NCBI RefSeq assembly: GCF_964355755.1
Contig: NC_092670.1
Location: 6,872,201 to 6,936,200, forward strand
Direction of reading: 5' to 3'
DNA from: Antedon mediterranea
Taxonomy: Eukaryota > Animalia > Echinodermata
DNA: 64,000 nt
Shown here: positions 25,601 to 40,600 of the stretch, one piece after another
How positions within the stretch are numbered: position 1 is the stretch's first letter
Layout of the letters: every line of letters begins with the position of its first letter
Notes under the pieces: generated by a model
Database searches by the model: none
Told to the model about the DNA's origin: nothing
Seen by the model: the letters and a program-made list of their open reading frames with translations, nothing else
Program-made: the position numbers and the translations under genes

Positions 25601-28600
25601 TAGTAATGGTAATAATAGCAATAGAGGATGGTTTAAACAATTTTTTTGTAAATTTTATTTGTGTAAACAGTTTAGTTTAGTTCGAGTGACAGACAAACAG
25701 AGAGACAAATAGATAGATAGATATTTTGTATAATTATATGCTTGTTGAAAAAAAATACCGAGATACAAACTATTTTGTACAACATGCCACCGTTCTATTA
25801 TTTTGAAGATGGAAAGATGTATTGGTGCGACACAGGAACAGATAAAATTGAAGAAGCTAATCTTGATGGAACGAAGCGAACAACAATATTAGATGTTAGA
25901 TATGGAACACACCCGTTTGCTATCGACATTTATAAAAACTATATATACTGGTCAGATTTGATTGCAGGCGTGTATAAAGTTAATAGAAGGACTGGAATAT
26001 CATCAATTCAAAGTGGCCGACTTAATCAACCAGGAAGTTTATACATTTTTACTGGTAATACTTGTATTTGATAAATATTTTAAAAAATCTATTTCCCACT
26101 GCAAGTTCCAATATAATAGCATAAACAGTATATTAAACCGAGTTAAAATATTCTATATTTTGTTCTAAACATTACTCTTTGGACTAAAAATACGTTATGA
26201 AAATATTTGTTTTGATATTAGGCTTGACACCCAAGTAATATAAAACTGATATTCTGACTTAAACACTTGCTATAGTTTATGTAGACTACCTACAGCCACA
26301 GATTCTGGTATGAGTATGGGGAGTATGTATAGCCATACTAACCGCAGTTGATTTATTTTGATGTTCCGGTTCATAACTTTTGCATCTAAACCGTATAAAA
26401 CCAATTGCTATTAATTCATTAAAAACGATAAGGGTTAATGGTTAATACTGAATTCAAGCATCTTATTATGTAAATATACCTGTATTTTAACCACTTTAAA
26501 CACCTACTTTTAATTTTTACAAATGTACTTATATGTATATAACTGTTAACCTACCTTCATGGAGAGCGGACACGAATAAAATAGTGCTGCGGAAAGTGTC
26601 CTAAATCCGACCAAATTGGACTTTAATTACTAGTTATCGACCATATTGAGAATTATAGACGCACAGTCTCAACGAATTATATATTTTGTGATTTATTTTG
26701 CTCTATTTTACTGGTTTTCGTAATTTTAAAACCATGACTACCACCGAGGCCAGTAGTAGACGAACCCGCAGTAGCCAACCGGACCAGCCACCTGTAGAAA
26801 ATGAGGTAAACATGCATACTTTGCATGCATTGTTAACCAAATTAAACGCTGATATGAACTCCCGGTTTGACGCGCTAGCGTCTCAAATGACCAAGGTTAA
26901 TGCAGACATTAAAGGCATTCGAACTGAGATGCCCGACTTGGAGACAGTGGTGAAGCATATGGACAAATTTTCAACACTTAATTTATTTCATGAACTTCCC
27001 AACTGTTTAATGAACTTCCGTACTGTTTAGAATGAGAATCGTTTATTTTCCTTTATTTGTTGAACTACGCAAAGCCGGCAGTACTGTATGGAGTGAGAAA
27101 CTGTAAATTGTTTGTATTTCCATTCTTACATTAAGTAATTATTTCATAATTTTTAAAATGCAAGTAGTATGAGATTTCATTGATTTTTCTATCTGTCCAC
27201 ACGTTAAATTCAAACATCACATGTACCTTTCCCCAGTAACACATTGTTCTTGTCCTCTTCGTTTTTCACTTTTTGCCTAGATAAGTATATGTGTTTAAGT
27301 GTGTATAATATGTTATATGTTGGCATGGTACTCTTTTTTTTACATATATATTTCATTATGCGTTATACTTAATGACCGATTACATTCCATTTTATATTAT
27401 TCAAGTAAATGACTAACTATTGTAATTGCTGTTCAAAAGACATTAGAAGTCATCAGTCAACGATTGTAATATTTGTAACTCTTTTTACCATACACATTGT
27501 ATTTATACCGATGTTAATGCTAATGAGGACTGGTTTTGTTTTCAATGTACTGGAAATGTCTTTCCTTTCAACCATTACATTGATGACGATGAATTTAAAT
27601 TTGCTTTATTCAGTCTTAATAATACCCTTGAATATAATAGAATGTTAAATCTGAAATTTAATCCATTTGTCTTTAACGATGTGATAAATAACTATAATAA
27701 TTTAATTGATTATGACATACCACATTCATGTTCTTATACCTTTGATCATAACATCTCAGCTACATGTGAAAAGGACCTTTCCATCTTACATATAAATCCA
27801 CGAAGTTTCAATAAAAACGTTGATCTGATTAGCACGTTCCTCACTAGTTTAAGGCATACCTTTTCGATTCTAACTTTATCAGAAACCTGGTTTAAAGAAG
27901 ATGGTTCCAATTTAATCCACATAGATAACTATAACTTTGTTAATACACCACGCTGTGGAAGAAGTAGTGGTGGTGTTGCTATCTATGTTCATAATACAAT
28001 CTCATTTCGAATCCGGAATGATTTAAAATTAATTGACAAACCGTCTGAGCACTTTGATCATTCTGAATCTATCTTTATCGAAATAACAGTTCCCGGTAGG
28101 AAAAACATTGTCGTTGGCAATATCTATCGTGCTCATCGTACCAATATTGAAAAAAAATTTTATGATCTTACAAATTGTCTCACAAAAATTAATACTGAAG
28201 AAAAACAATGTTATATATCCGGTGATTTTAATCTTGACCTTCTACATTCTAATGACAATCACATTATTAATGAGTTCCTCTCTATTTTTTATAACCATAA
28301 TATGTTTCCTCTTATCGATAGACCCACCAGAATTACCCTTTTCAACAGCTTCCTTAATTGATAAAATTTTCACTAACGTTTTTACTCATTATATAAAATC
28401 GGGTGTTGTTATTGCCGATGTTTCTGATCATTATCCTGTTTACCAAATCACTAAATCAACTCCAATTAGCAACGCAAATACCTCGAATAAAATTCCCACT
28501 CGTTTATTTAACCAAACTAGAATTCAACACTTTTTTGAAAATTTAAGCTTGGTTGATTGGAGTTGTATTACTGATCTTGATTCTTCTGACCATGCATATA

Positions 28601-31600
28601 ATGTTTTCATCCATAAATTCACAGAGGTCTACAATGTACATTTTACCATCTCTAAACATTCCAACAACAATTCCCGGCGTCGTTGTATTCCTCAAAAACC
28701 TTGGATTACTTCGGCGATCCTAAAATCAATAACTCGAAAAGATAAATTATACATAAAGTATGCAAGTAACCCTACTGAATCCAACAAAACGTCTTATGTT
28801 AATTATCGTAATAAACTTACTTCTTTAATAAGGATTTCTAAACAGCAGTATTATGCTGAAAAGCTTGAGGAAACAAAATTTAATTCAAAACAGACTTGGA
28901 ATGTTCTCAATAACATTATGGGTAGACAAAGCAATAAACACATATCATCATTTTTTTAAATAAATGATATACATATATCTGATTCTCAAATTATTGCTGA
29001 TAACTTTAATAAATACTTTGTCAACATTGGTCCCGAATGCCTACGTAAAATTCCTCAATCTGATATTACTTTTAATTATTTTATAAATAACATAAAATCA
29101 CCCGTTAGCTCTCTGTTTTTTTTTACCAACTGATAAAGATGAAGTACTCACAATATTCAGAAATCTGAAATCTGGTGCTAGCAGCGGTTTCGATGACATT
29201 AAACCAGATATTATTAATCTGTTGGGGAATTAATAGCATCTCCACTTGTTCATATTTTTAATTTATCACTAGCTACCGGTTTTGTCCCGGAGAAGCTGAA
29301 AATTGCCAAGATAATTCCCGTCTTCAAACATGGTGAGACTGATCAATTTAGCAATTATAGGCCCATCTCGGTACTGCCCGTTTTCTCCAAAGTTTTAGAA
29401 CGCATAATTCATAAGAGACTCTAATTATTTTTCTCGATTTAATTTATTGCAAGAGAACCAAATTGGTTTCCGCCCAAACATGTCTACTGAAATGGCTGTT
29501 CTACAAGCATATGATAAAATAATCTGTGAATTACATATGAAAAAGCATGTTCTTGGGATATTTCTGGACCTTTCAAAGCCCTTTGACACCGTTAATCACG
29601 ACATTCTCCTGTCTAAACTACAGCATTATGGTATACGTGGTCTTGCCTTTTATTGGTTCAGAAGTTGCCTGACGGATAGAAAGCAATATATTTCTTTTAA
29701 TTATCATATCCACAGGGCTCAATTTTAGGCCCGCTACTCTTTATTATTTACATTAATGATTTAACAAACATCTGTAAACATTCCAATCTTATTTTATATG
29801 CAGACACTAACCTTTTAATTTCAGATAATGTTTTAAACCGTCTAGTTGATAATGTTAATTCCGATCTCTCGACTATCTCGAGTTGGTTTAAAGCAAATAA
29901 GTTATCGCTTAATGCTAATAAAACTAATTATATGATTTTTAAGAACAGATATAGTAACCGTGTTTACAATGACCTTAACATTTTCATTGATAATAATAAC
30001 ATCTCTCGTGTAACTAGTTGTAAATTTCTTGGTGTAATAATGGACGAATGCTTAACCTGGAATCAACATACAATCCATATTGCAAACTTAGTTTCAAAAT
30101 ATTATGGTATTCTTTTTAGGCTAAAACCAATTTTACATGTCAATGTTCTATCATCCTTATACAAGACTCTAGTCCTTTCTCATATTCAATATTGCAGCTT
30201 GATTTGGGCTGACCACAATAACTGTCGCCTTGAAACTGTTTATCGCAAACAAAAGCGCATAATGCGTTTATGCACAAATTCTCAATTCCTTGAGCATTCA
30301 CCACCATTATTTGCTAGTCTTAACAACTTAACTTAACTTCATAAGGTGTTTTCATGTACACATTTAAGAATAATTTATTTTCAGCTAACTTTTCTAATTA
30401 TTTTGTTAGAGTGAACTCAGTTCATAATTATGGCATCAGGTCATTTGATACTTATCGTCCTTATAATTTTGTTACCGATATGGGCAGAAACACTATCAGA
30501 GGACATGGTCCAATTTTATGGAACAGTATTGATGCTTCTATTCGTAATTCATCATCTGTCGAAGTATTTAAAAAGTTGTATAAAAATAATTTGCTCTTAA
30601 CTTATCAATGAGTGTTACAAATATGTTTACATTTACATCTTTGAGTTCATATGCCAACATGTTTAGCTAGTATTGTCTCGTCCTGTGCTTCAATTATGTT
30701 TGTATCATGTATTAATTATTTTGTTAAGGTGGCCAAATACTGTACGAGCTTTGCTCTTTTTTGGTCATCCTTCCATTTTTGCTTATATTCATTACACTTG
30801 TTTATATTGGAAAATAAAAACTGAAACTGAATAATATATTCACCAATGAGAATTTAAATAAACGTGAGATGAGGATGAGGAGATCTGTAAAAATGAGAAA
30901 AAAGTTGCCACAACCGAGATTCTGAACCTTCTGCGTGATATGCAGATGTCCTAACCATTATACCATTATCCTGTCATGGTATTGTTCAAACTCTTTAACA
31001 CTCTCGGCGGGGTATGGCGGAAATGAATAGTCCATCAAATATACGCACGCGCACCAGAGATCAAATAAATACGCCCTCATCTTTTCAGTATTTTTATTCA
31101 CGAATCGGGATCTCTAAACAGAGGAGTGACTGAGAGATTGGAATGTTCCATCCATGGAAGACAGTATATACCACGCTCGGAAAAACACCCTATTTGGTTG
31201 GGGCAAATCGTTGAACCTAAATTAGTTTTATTTGTCAATAACTACTTATTCAACGCGATTTAATTAGTAAACAGGGTTACAACAGGTGGTTAAAATCAGT
31301 ACCGAAAATACAAACCAACTTTTTATACCATCGAGTAAAAATTCTAAAAGTAACGCGTGATTTACCGACTTTTGCCAGACAGAACAGAATTCTAAACCGC
31401 CCAGTGAAATTTAATTAATTAATTTGAAACGGTAAAGATGAGAAAATCTTTTAGAATGAGAAAAAGTCGCCCCAACTGAGATGTCTTAGTCACACTCACA
31501 CACACAAAGCCTCATGCACTTGGAACAAGCCTCTACAATATATTCGAGCGCTCTCAAACTCTCAATCATTCCTTAAAACAATATTGACATTTCTAACAGA

Positions 31601-34600
31601 GTATATTATTAGGATGAAAAGTCGTTCCAACCAAGTTTAATGCTGTCAAGAGAAATTTTATTAGTTTTTATTTCCTATGTTCAGTATCATAAAAATATTG
31701 TGATTTATTTTCTGTAGATAATGTATTGACTATTGACTGCCCGACAAACGTCACTTCAAACAATTATATCGGAGAAGAATTTGGTTTAATACAAATTACC
31801 ACAGATGAAGGGAGTCAAACTGCCACAGTCACGTGGGATCCTCCTGTGACAAGTGACGATGGAACAGTGACTGTAGTGTCATCACCGTATGAGTCAGGTG
31901 ACATGATACCAATCGGTACTCACGCAATCACCTTTACAGCAATTGGTTCTGCTGGCAACAATGAAACTTGTGACTTTTATATCAAGGTTGAAGGTAAAAA
32001 TCTGAAAAAAAGTTTTTCAAGAATTTTATATTGTATCCTTAAGGGAAAAAAAACACCGATATGAATAATCTTGGAAACTAAAAACTATATACAGTTTAAT
32101 ATATCAAACCATATTTTCAATTATATAATGTATGTGGATAATCAAAGTCAGCAAATTATCCAATTAGATAATTTTTTTTTAATGAAGAACGCATGATCAA
32201 TCATGACCGTAACACCAAGTGCTCAATTCTTACAACGCAGCAATGAATCCTTCAGGTCAAACACATTTCTACAAAACCTTTATAGATTAGTTTCTGTTTT
32301 GTTTGCGGAAACACGACCTAAGAGGAATTATGATATTGTGTTATTTGATTCTAGAATATGGAATGTTTCAATTATAAACACACATGAATGTTCATCAGCA
32401 TTTCTTTTTAGCAAATAGCTAATTACTAAATATGGTTCTTGCTTTTTAAGTTCTTCCATTCTCTATTAAAACAAATGTCCTCCGAGCTTGTCTCTCTCTT
32501 TATAGCGCCCTTTCCCCTCTCATCTGAGAAGTGTCTCACTTCTCCAAATTATAATAGAATAATTATTAACCGTATTATTTCGAAAATAATGAATAAATAA
32601 ATATTAAATGAATAAATAAATACAACTGTAGAGTAACCGTTTCTCTAAAAACCATGCTGGTAATTTCACAGCTCTGTCACATCTTGTGGTTTCAGGACTA
32701 GGTATTGGTTTGTTTATTGTTGGTCAGTTGTATCTTGTTTAATTTTTGCGATGGCTGGATATATCGTTAAGACGGTTAAACTTTACTTGCGGTAAAGAAG
32801 AATACTCTGGAGATGTGACTTTAGCAACAACTGTCAACTAATTGATTAACTGTCAAATACCACCTGCTGACACAATTAAATCTCTTTTCTAATGAGCATT
32901 ACAATTATGCAAAGCAATTTGGCTTTTGGCGTTTTAAATCCCAACCTGAGATTAGCGGTCATCATGGTATAATGGGGTTACTCCAATGTAAACATTAATG
33001 CGAACACGACATAAAATATCTAATAGACTTCCATTATCTGCCTTTGCTTGTCCAAGTACCTTTTCTATACTTCTTGATTTCATAAACTTGTTATTTTTGC
33101 GAAACTTTTAGAAATTAATGAAATATGAGCACCACTATCAATTAATTCACTGACTTTGTGACCTTCTACATGTACCATAATTTGAGCATTAAAACGTTGT
33201 GGAAGACTACAAGAAACATTATCAGAAAGACTATCAGTAACATCGTCTACTATAGACATCCGTGAGGGCTTCAAAAGGGATATTAGCCCGTTCAGAAGCT
33301 GACAATCGACCATCATTTCTAGCTACAGTAGTTCTAGTTTTCCGGATGATGATTATGTTTAGGTGTAATATTAAGAGGGCTGCGTCCTTTCATACTCCTA
33401 GGGTAGGCTTACTCTGGTGTCGTGGGTGGGTTAGAAGTGTAAGTATAATTAGAAGACTTGTTCCTGTTGTGTCTTTGTTCAGTTCTTCACTAAGTGAAGA
33501 TCGTCTGAAGTAATCATACTTTTATAATAATTGTCACGTCTCTTTTCACGGTCACCACTACTGTTTGAATGATAACAATAACAATTTCAGTGGGAAAATA
33601 CTTTAGTATAAGTTAAGTTTAACTATCAAGATCCTCGATATGCCCGGTTTTCGCATTTCAAGTACATTAAACAAGGCCAACAGCCATTAGTCGCGTGCTA
33701 AAACGCATGGTGATACCGGACCGACAGACAGACCGACCGACCGACCGACCGATATAGTGAACTATAGAGTCGCGTCCACGCGACTAAAAACAAGATCAAA
33801 CAACCATTGCTTTGCCGGTTGCGACGCAAACATAATCTTGGAGGTAAAGTAATTGATGTTGGTACCTTTTTTTTGAGCAAGTTCATACAACTACTACAGC
33901 AGAAACGTAACTTTGAAAAGGAGTTTAGATTTGTCTTATTTCTGCTAGTTAATGTAATTTTATTTATAACTATATCCAGTGCAGTAGCGTCTATGTTGTT
34001 TTTCTCAAACATGGTTTTCTGCCAATAGCATGGTTGCATGTTGTAAGCCTAGGCCTATATATATAAAGTAAATCGATAAAAAAAGTTGTTGCTTATTTAA
34101 ATTAATGTATGTACACATTCTTATATTATATATATTGGCTATTTGTGTGAACATAAAGACAGGATAGAAAACAGCTCATCTATACTGTGTATAAGTAGTC
34201 GAATAATCTTCCACCGTTCCAGATAACATAATTTATTGAATATACAATTAAATCGGTGGCATATGCTCATACACATAAGAATACAAATACTCAACAAACG
34301 GATACAATGGGATCATGCCCAAGAACAATAAAATAATAATCTATATATAAATTTACGTAAGGGCAAAGTTCGGTAAATTGCGCCTTACTTATAGAATTTT
34401 TACTCGATGGTATATAAAGTTGGTTCGTACTTTCGGTACTGATTTTAACCACCTGATGTAACCCTGTTTACTAATTAAATTATGTTAGATAATTAGTTAT
34501 TGACGATTAAAACGAATTTGGGTTCAACGATTTGCCCCAAATAGGGGTGTTTTCCGATCGTGGTATACACTGTCTAATGGATGTCCATCTTGAAAAATAC

Positions 34601-37600
34601 CCGCCACAAAAATGCGAAGAGGCTTCGCATTTTCCTATCTCCTCCTATGATAATTGTTTTTAATAGCTGAAAACCGGTTGAACAGCTAGAGTACAGCATC
34701 ATAATGTTGAAGACAGGCCGATTTTCTTTTAAAAATACTATTTTGATTTTGATTTTTGATTTAATATACGATTATACAAATGTATTGATTTGCGATGAAT
34801 GGAACATCCCAATCTCTCAGTCTGCCAGAGTTTGGTTTAACACAAGCAGGTAAATTTATGAGCCCTTGGTTTAACACATAGGGTAGGTAAATATATGGGC
34901 CCTTTGAGAATAAACTTGCAATACTTTGACAATACTGTAAATACCTATTAACTATTTTAGGTCCTTATTTGAATCGAGCATTTCTTACTGTTAGATGTAA
35001 TATAAAAATATATACAAATAAACTTTATTACTGAGATTGTGGATAGGCTCTACTGTTAGATATATAAACACATTATTATATACAAATAAACTTTATACTG
35101 ACAGTTCCTTCTCAACGTTTGTATTAATTAATAATTACCAGAAATATAAACGTCGTAGTCGTATTTCAATCGATTATGACAGTGACAGTTTTAACAAAGT
35201 ATTAAATCGCAAATGTTTTACTGTATTTAGATGTAGGCCTATATTATTTATAGGCCTATAAAACATGAAAGAAATATTTCGTTACTGAGGGGATAAAGGA
35301 TATATTTAAAAATTGTTCTTCTTTGTACCTATCCGCTTTCTCATCCCTCAACCCTAATGTTACATACAAAACACAAATTGGGTTTCTTTAAATGAGTCCA
35401 AATCAAAAATTTGGACTCATTTTGTGATAAGTTTCTCCTTCGGAAGTAATTCCCAGGGTGCTAATTTTAGTTGACTACATAAATCATCGTGTCTATTTAT
35501 TCGTTTCTGTAAACGACAATGTATTATACTGTAGTCCTGCGGTACGTACATTTGAAATCGCCAGTTTTGTTACGCTGAAATTACTGTGTATTCGAGAACC
35601 ATCTGTGGGTACGACCTAGATGGTCCCATCTAGTAATAATAATTTAAAACGCACCGATGACTGAAAAGCCGATTCCATCCCCTACCGGTGTGTGGTCGCA
35701 CTTCACTCTTTAAAAAACCCCCACTGCATTTTTGATAAATATAACTGAGAAATGCAGTAAAAGTAACAAAATTAAAATACAAATTTATAAAAGGGAATTC
35801 AATAACTGAAATCGTTACATACGGTACATATTTATAAAGTGTCTCTGTAGTTAAAAGATTTCGTTTTTCTCAAACTAATTTGAATATTATTGCTGGAAAG
35901 CGGATTTTGTTTCCCTTCTTTCTGATAAGTTCTTATAGTTAAGTTACCACAAACAAGTATAGTTTGATTAATTATTCTATGTGACTTTTAATAACAACGT
36001 ATAGTTAGGATTTATATTGCGATAATCACAAACCATACGGTACGTAAAAATCAAAGGGATCTTTTAGACGTTAAAAACACCGTAATTCGTTTCTTTACAG
36101 GTTGTATGTAAATAAGAAAGTAATTAGCATGATAAAACAACAAGGAACATTTAAAAACAATTTATATACATAATTGGAACATTATGACAATAAACAAAGT
36201 AAAATATAATAGATATTAGTAAAACTGTATTCAGAATTAAAAAATCTATCCAACGATACCAAAAAGTACATTATTTTGACCTTTTGACCATTATTGGTCA
36301 CGTGATTTCTTTTATTTCGCAATTACTATGTAACTATACGTTTATTGATATGGGTGTAATGGAATAAAATAATCAGTATTAAATTCCCTTTTCAATGATA
36401 CCATGGATGACCAACTTTAGTGTGGAAAGTTGGCCATTTTGAAATACAAAATGGCGGCTGAAGGAGTGGTCGAAAAAAATGGCACCTAACTTTTTTGGAT
36501 TCAGAATCTCAAGAATAACAAAGTTAGCTAATTTATGGATAACCATGAAACATCACAAAATAAACATACAATTACTCATCAGTCATATGCAGCAGCAGCA
36601 TAGGTGTCACCCGGGCTTCAATTTCCAGAGGCGTTGGTCATGTTTTCGAGGACCATTCGGGTACACCCACTAGAGAGTACGCGAGCGAAGCGATTGAGCC
36701 CTCTAGTAATATGTTAATTATTGTATAATGCATTTTAAGATTCAAGGTTCAAGATTCAAGAAATTTTATTTGTCCATAAAAATGGAAATTCACTTTGCTT
36801 GGTAGATTAAAACAACAATATTGCAACAATTTAAAACGTGCAGTATTATAACAGATTAAAAATACAAGATAAAAAGTTAAAAATACTGTTAAAAATGTAA
36901 AACTATTTAAATATTGCATTAACGTCTTACATTAGAATTAAAAATATGAATGCTATTTACAACGAAGGATTTTCTAGTTCTACAAAGATTTGCTCTTGGA
37001 GGTCATGATTTTCTTCAATCACTGGGTATAATTTTTACTATAGATATCATTAATTATAATTATTATCTTCATGGTTTAGATTCAGAAAATCCGGATATTA
37101 TAGATTGTCCAATGGATATGATTGTTAACACAACAACTGGTGAGGCATTTGCAATCAATGTCACATGGATGGAACCGACAGCAACTGATAACTCTGGAGA
37201 TACTTCTGTACCAGTAGCAGACTACAGTTCTGGTGATAATATGTTTGCAATTGGTGACACAAAAGTCCAGTACAATGTCTCAGATTCAGCTGGTAACTTT
37301 AATGATAGCTGCAATTTTGTAATCATTGTTGAAGGTAAGACTGTTTCCTATAAGAGGAAATTTGAGTTATAGTTTTTCACGCTGCTGCTCTAGCCCGCTA
37401 CGTCACAAGAGATGACGTAATCCGATATAAAGCAAGCAGCAATTTTAGTTAACTGAGAGACTGACATTTTTGCAAAAATGGAAACTCCACTATAATTTAT
37501 AGGTCCCAGCTGCTAGACACAAAAAAACGTATGGGAAAAGAGTCTAACGGTTGAATGACAAATCCCAAAGCATTTCTGGTATTTATGTGTCCCATGATAT

Positions 37601-40600
37601 TATATAATACTGTAAATGAAAGTTTTTGTTTGTACCATGGAACTATAATTATAGTTCTATGTTTGTATTAAAGTGACAGAAATTGAGTCTGTATTTCATA
37701 TCAAAGTTATTCACTTTTGTAACAAAAAAATAATATTTATTCACATATAAAAAGAGAAAAGAAACGTTTAATTATAACTCAAAAACCATTCTCTGAAAGA
37801 CAATTTAAGTATTTTTTTGCTTTAAATTACATTTTGTTAGGTAAAATAACTATTATGTGACAATAAAATGACACATTCAAAAACAAATTTGAAATAAAAA
37901 ATATTTTTCAGAGGGACAATATATCTTTAAAACTGTTACGTCAATAAGCGAGCAGCGTTTTTTGTACGAAATATTTCTTGTTTAATGTGGTTTTGTTAAA
38001 TTCTAATTTTTTTATTCCTGTTATTTTTGTGTAGATAATGAAAGTCCAATAATTGACTGCCCGACAAATGTCACTTCAAAGAATTACATCGGAGAAGGGT
38101 ATGGACTAGTAAATGTCAGCACAGATATAGGACGTCCAAATGCCACTGTCACCTGGAATCCTCCTGAGACAAGTGACAATAGTGGTGGGCTTGTTACTGT
38201 AATGTCGTCATCTTTTGAGTCTGGTGACATGATGCCATATGGTACTCACACAATCACTTTTACAGCAACTGATCCTTATGGCAATATTGACACCTGTGAC
38301 TTTGGCCTCAATGTTGAAGGTAAAATATAAACCTCCTTGTAATTTTGATAATTTACAAAATACAGGAATTATAATTTTTTTAAAGAACGTTATGAACATA
38401 CTATAAGATTTACCTTCAACACACATAACACTCTTATGTAGAAATAAGAAAATGAATTGTTCCATTCTACCATTACAAAATGTAATATGATTTTAGCATT
38501 AATAATTCTTGTTTCTTCCTTTTGTAATATTAGATATTGAGGATCCAGTCTTGGTTTGTCCGCCAAATATTACAACTACTACAGCAGAGGGTTCAGATCA
38601 AGCAGCCAATGTCAACTGGACGGATCCAATAGTAATTGACAATTCTGATGAAGATATAACACCAACGTCCAAGTACAATCCTGGAAATAATGAATTTGAA
38701 ATTGGTATAACTGATGTTACATATGATGCAATTGATAGTTCAAGCAATGCAGGAACATGTACCTTTATAGTAACTGTTACTGGTAAGCACAGATGGAATT
38801 CTTTCCTCTGACGTATTTAAATTAATTAATACAAAAATGTTTGCATAAATGCATTATTACCTTGATCTTCTTTCCTGAGTATTATTACTATTATTTATTA
38901 CCTCCGCCAAGGAGGTTAGGTTTTCACCAAATTTGGTAACAATGATCTATGCCCCAAAAGTTCGGCGAGTTCGAATTTGAGGGGAAAAGGTCATAGGTCA
39001 AGGTCACAACTAACAAAAACTATTTTACTGCCTAGAGACCACAGTTTTTATCCGATTCTCACCAAACTTAGCCACAATGATCAATGACACATCATATAAT
39101 TGTGGTTAAATTTTGAAGGGTCAGGGTCAAAGATCAAGGTCCACAAAAAACTAAAAAAAAAAGAAATAAAAAAATAATAAAAAAAAAATCTCAGTGGGAC
39201 TTGAACCAGCGATATATATATCATATCATTTATTTCGCCAATATACAGAACAGTACAAAAAAACAATACAAAAGTAAGTCAATGAGGCCGGATAACCTAA
39301 AAGTTACAAATAAAAATAACCGTCGAGAGGCTCTCCACATCGAAATACTTACATAAAATGAATAATACATGGATTCTATTAAAATTTAGATAAAACTATA
39401 AAATTCAACAATGTGTTTTTATAAAAAATTGTTAATTTAAAAAGATAGAATTAAGAAAATATCTTTAAAATATACATATGTTCAGATTAAAACAGATTGT
39501 TAAAATATTTCTTAAGGCTATGCTTAAAACAGTTTATATTAATTAAAAGTTGGTCGCAGAGATCCGCAGGCAGATCTCTAAAATGTCTAACAAAAAATTA
39601 AAGACAGAGTTATGAAATAAATCAGTCCGGGCTATAAAATTATTGCGCAACTTAAAGTTATTAACATGTCTGCAATAGATAAATATTTAAAAACTTTAAC
39701 ATCATATAATTTGTACATACATTTGGTAACAAAATTAATACATAAATACCTAATGCGATTGTTAATGGACATCAGATTAAGGCGTTTCAAACGTTCAGGG
39801 TAAGGGAGACTGGCTGATCTTGGGAAGCATGTGCGGGTGACCCTCCTTTGGACAGCTTCAAGAGCAGTGATGTCATTTTTAAGAAAGGGGATCCAGGCAG
39901 GTAAACCGTAATCAATATATGGTCTAACTAACGATATATATATAGTCGCAATATAATAGCTTTATCACGACATTTGACAATACGTCTCACAAAACCAAAC
40001 TTGCGATTAGATTGGGATTTAACATATTGGACATGATCAGCCCAAGTGAGTTTGCGATTCAGGTGAATTCCAAGGTATTTAATGGAATTCGTAACGGGCA
40101 ATCTATCATCTCCAATAAAATAATCACATGCTTGTTCAAGGCGACTGTTAGATCTAGTTATGTGCATCACAAAGCATTTGTCAGTATTTAGTAGCATTTT
40201 GTTGTCACACACCAGTTGTTAATAGCATGAAGATCCGACTGCAAGATCATTTCATCATTATCATTATGGTTATCTTTATCTTTGTTTTTGTTTCTGATGG
40301 CTCTGTATATGAGAGTATCATCATCATATTGTTGTATCTGTGATTCAATGCAGGAGGGGAGATCGGATACAAAGAGATTAAAGAGGATTGGCCCAATCAC
40401 TGATCCCTGAGGAACCCCGGATTTTACCAATATATTCTCGGAAGTGGAGCCCCTAAATGTAACTCTTTGAGATCTACAGGATAGGTAGGATTTAAACCAG
40501 TCCAGCATTGAATCACAGATACCAAAATTATGAAATTTACTTAACAGAATCTTATGGCTAATTTTATCAAAAGCTTTCCGCCAATCGAGAAAAATTGCAT

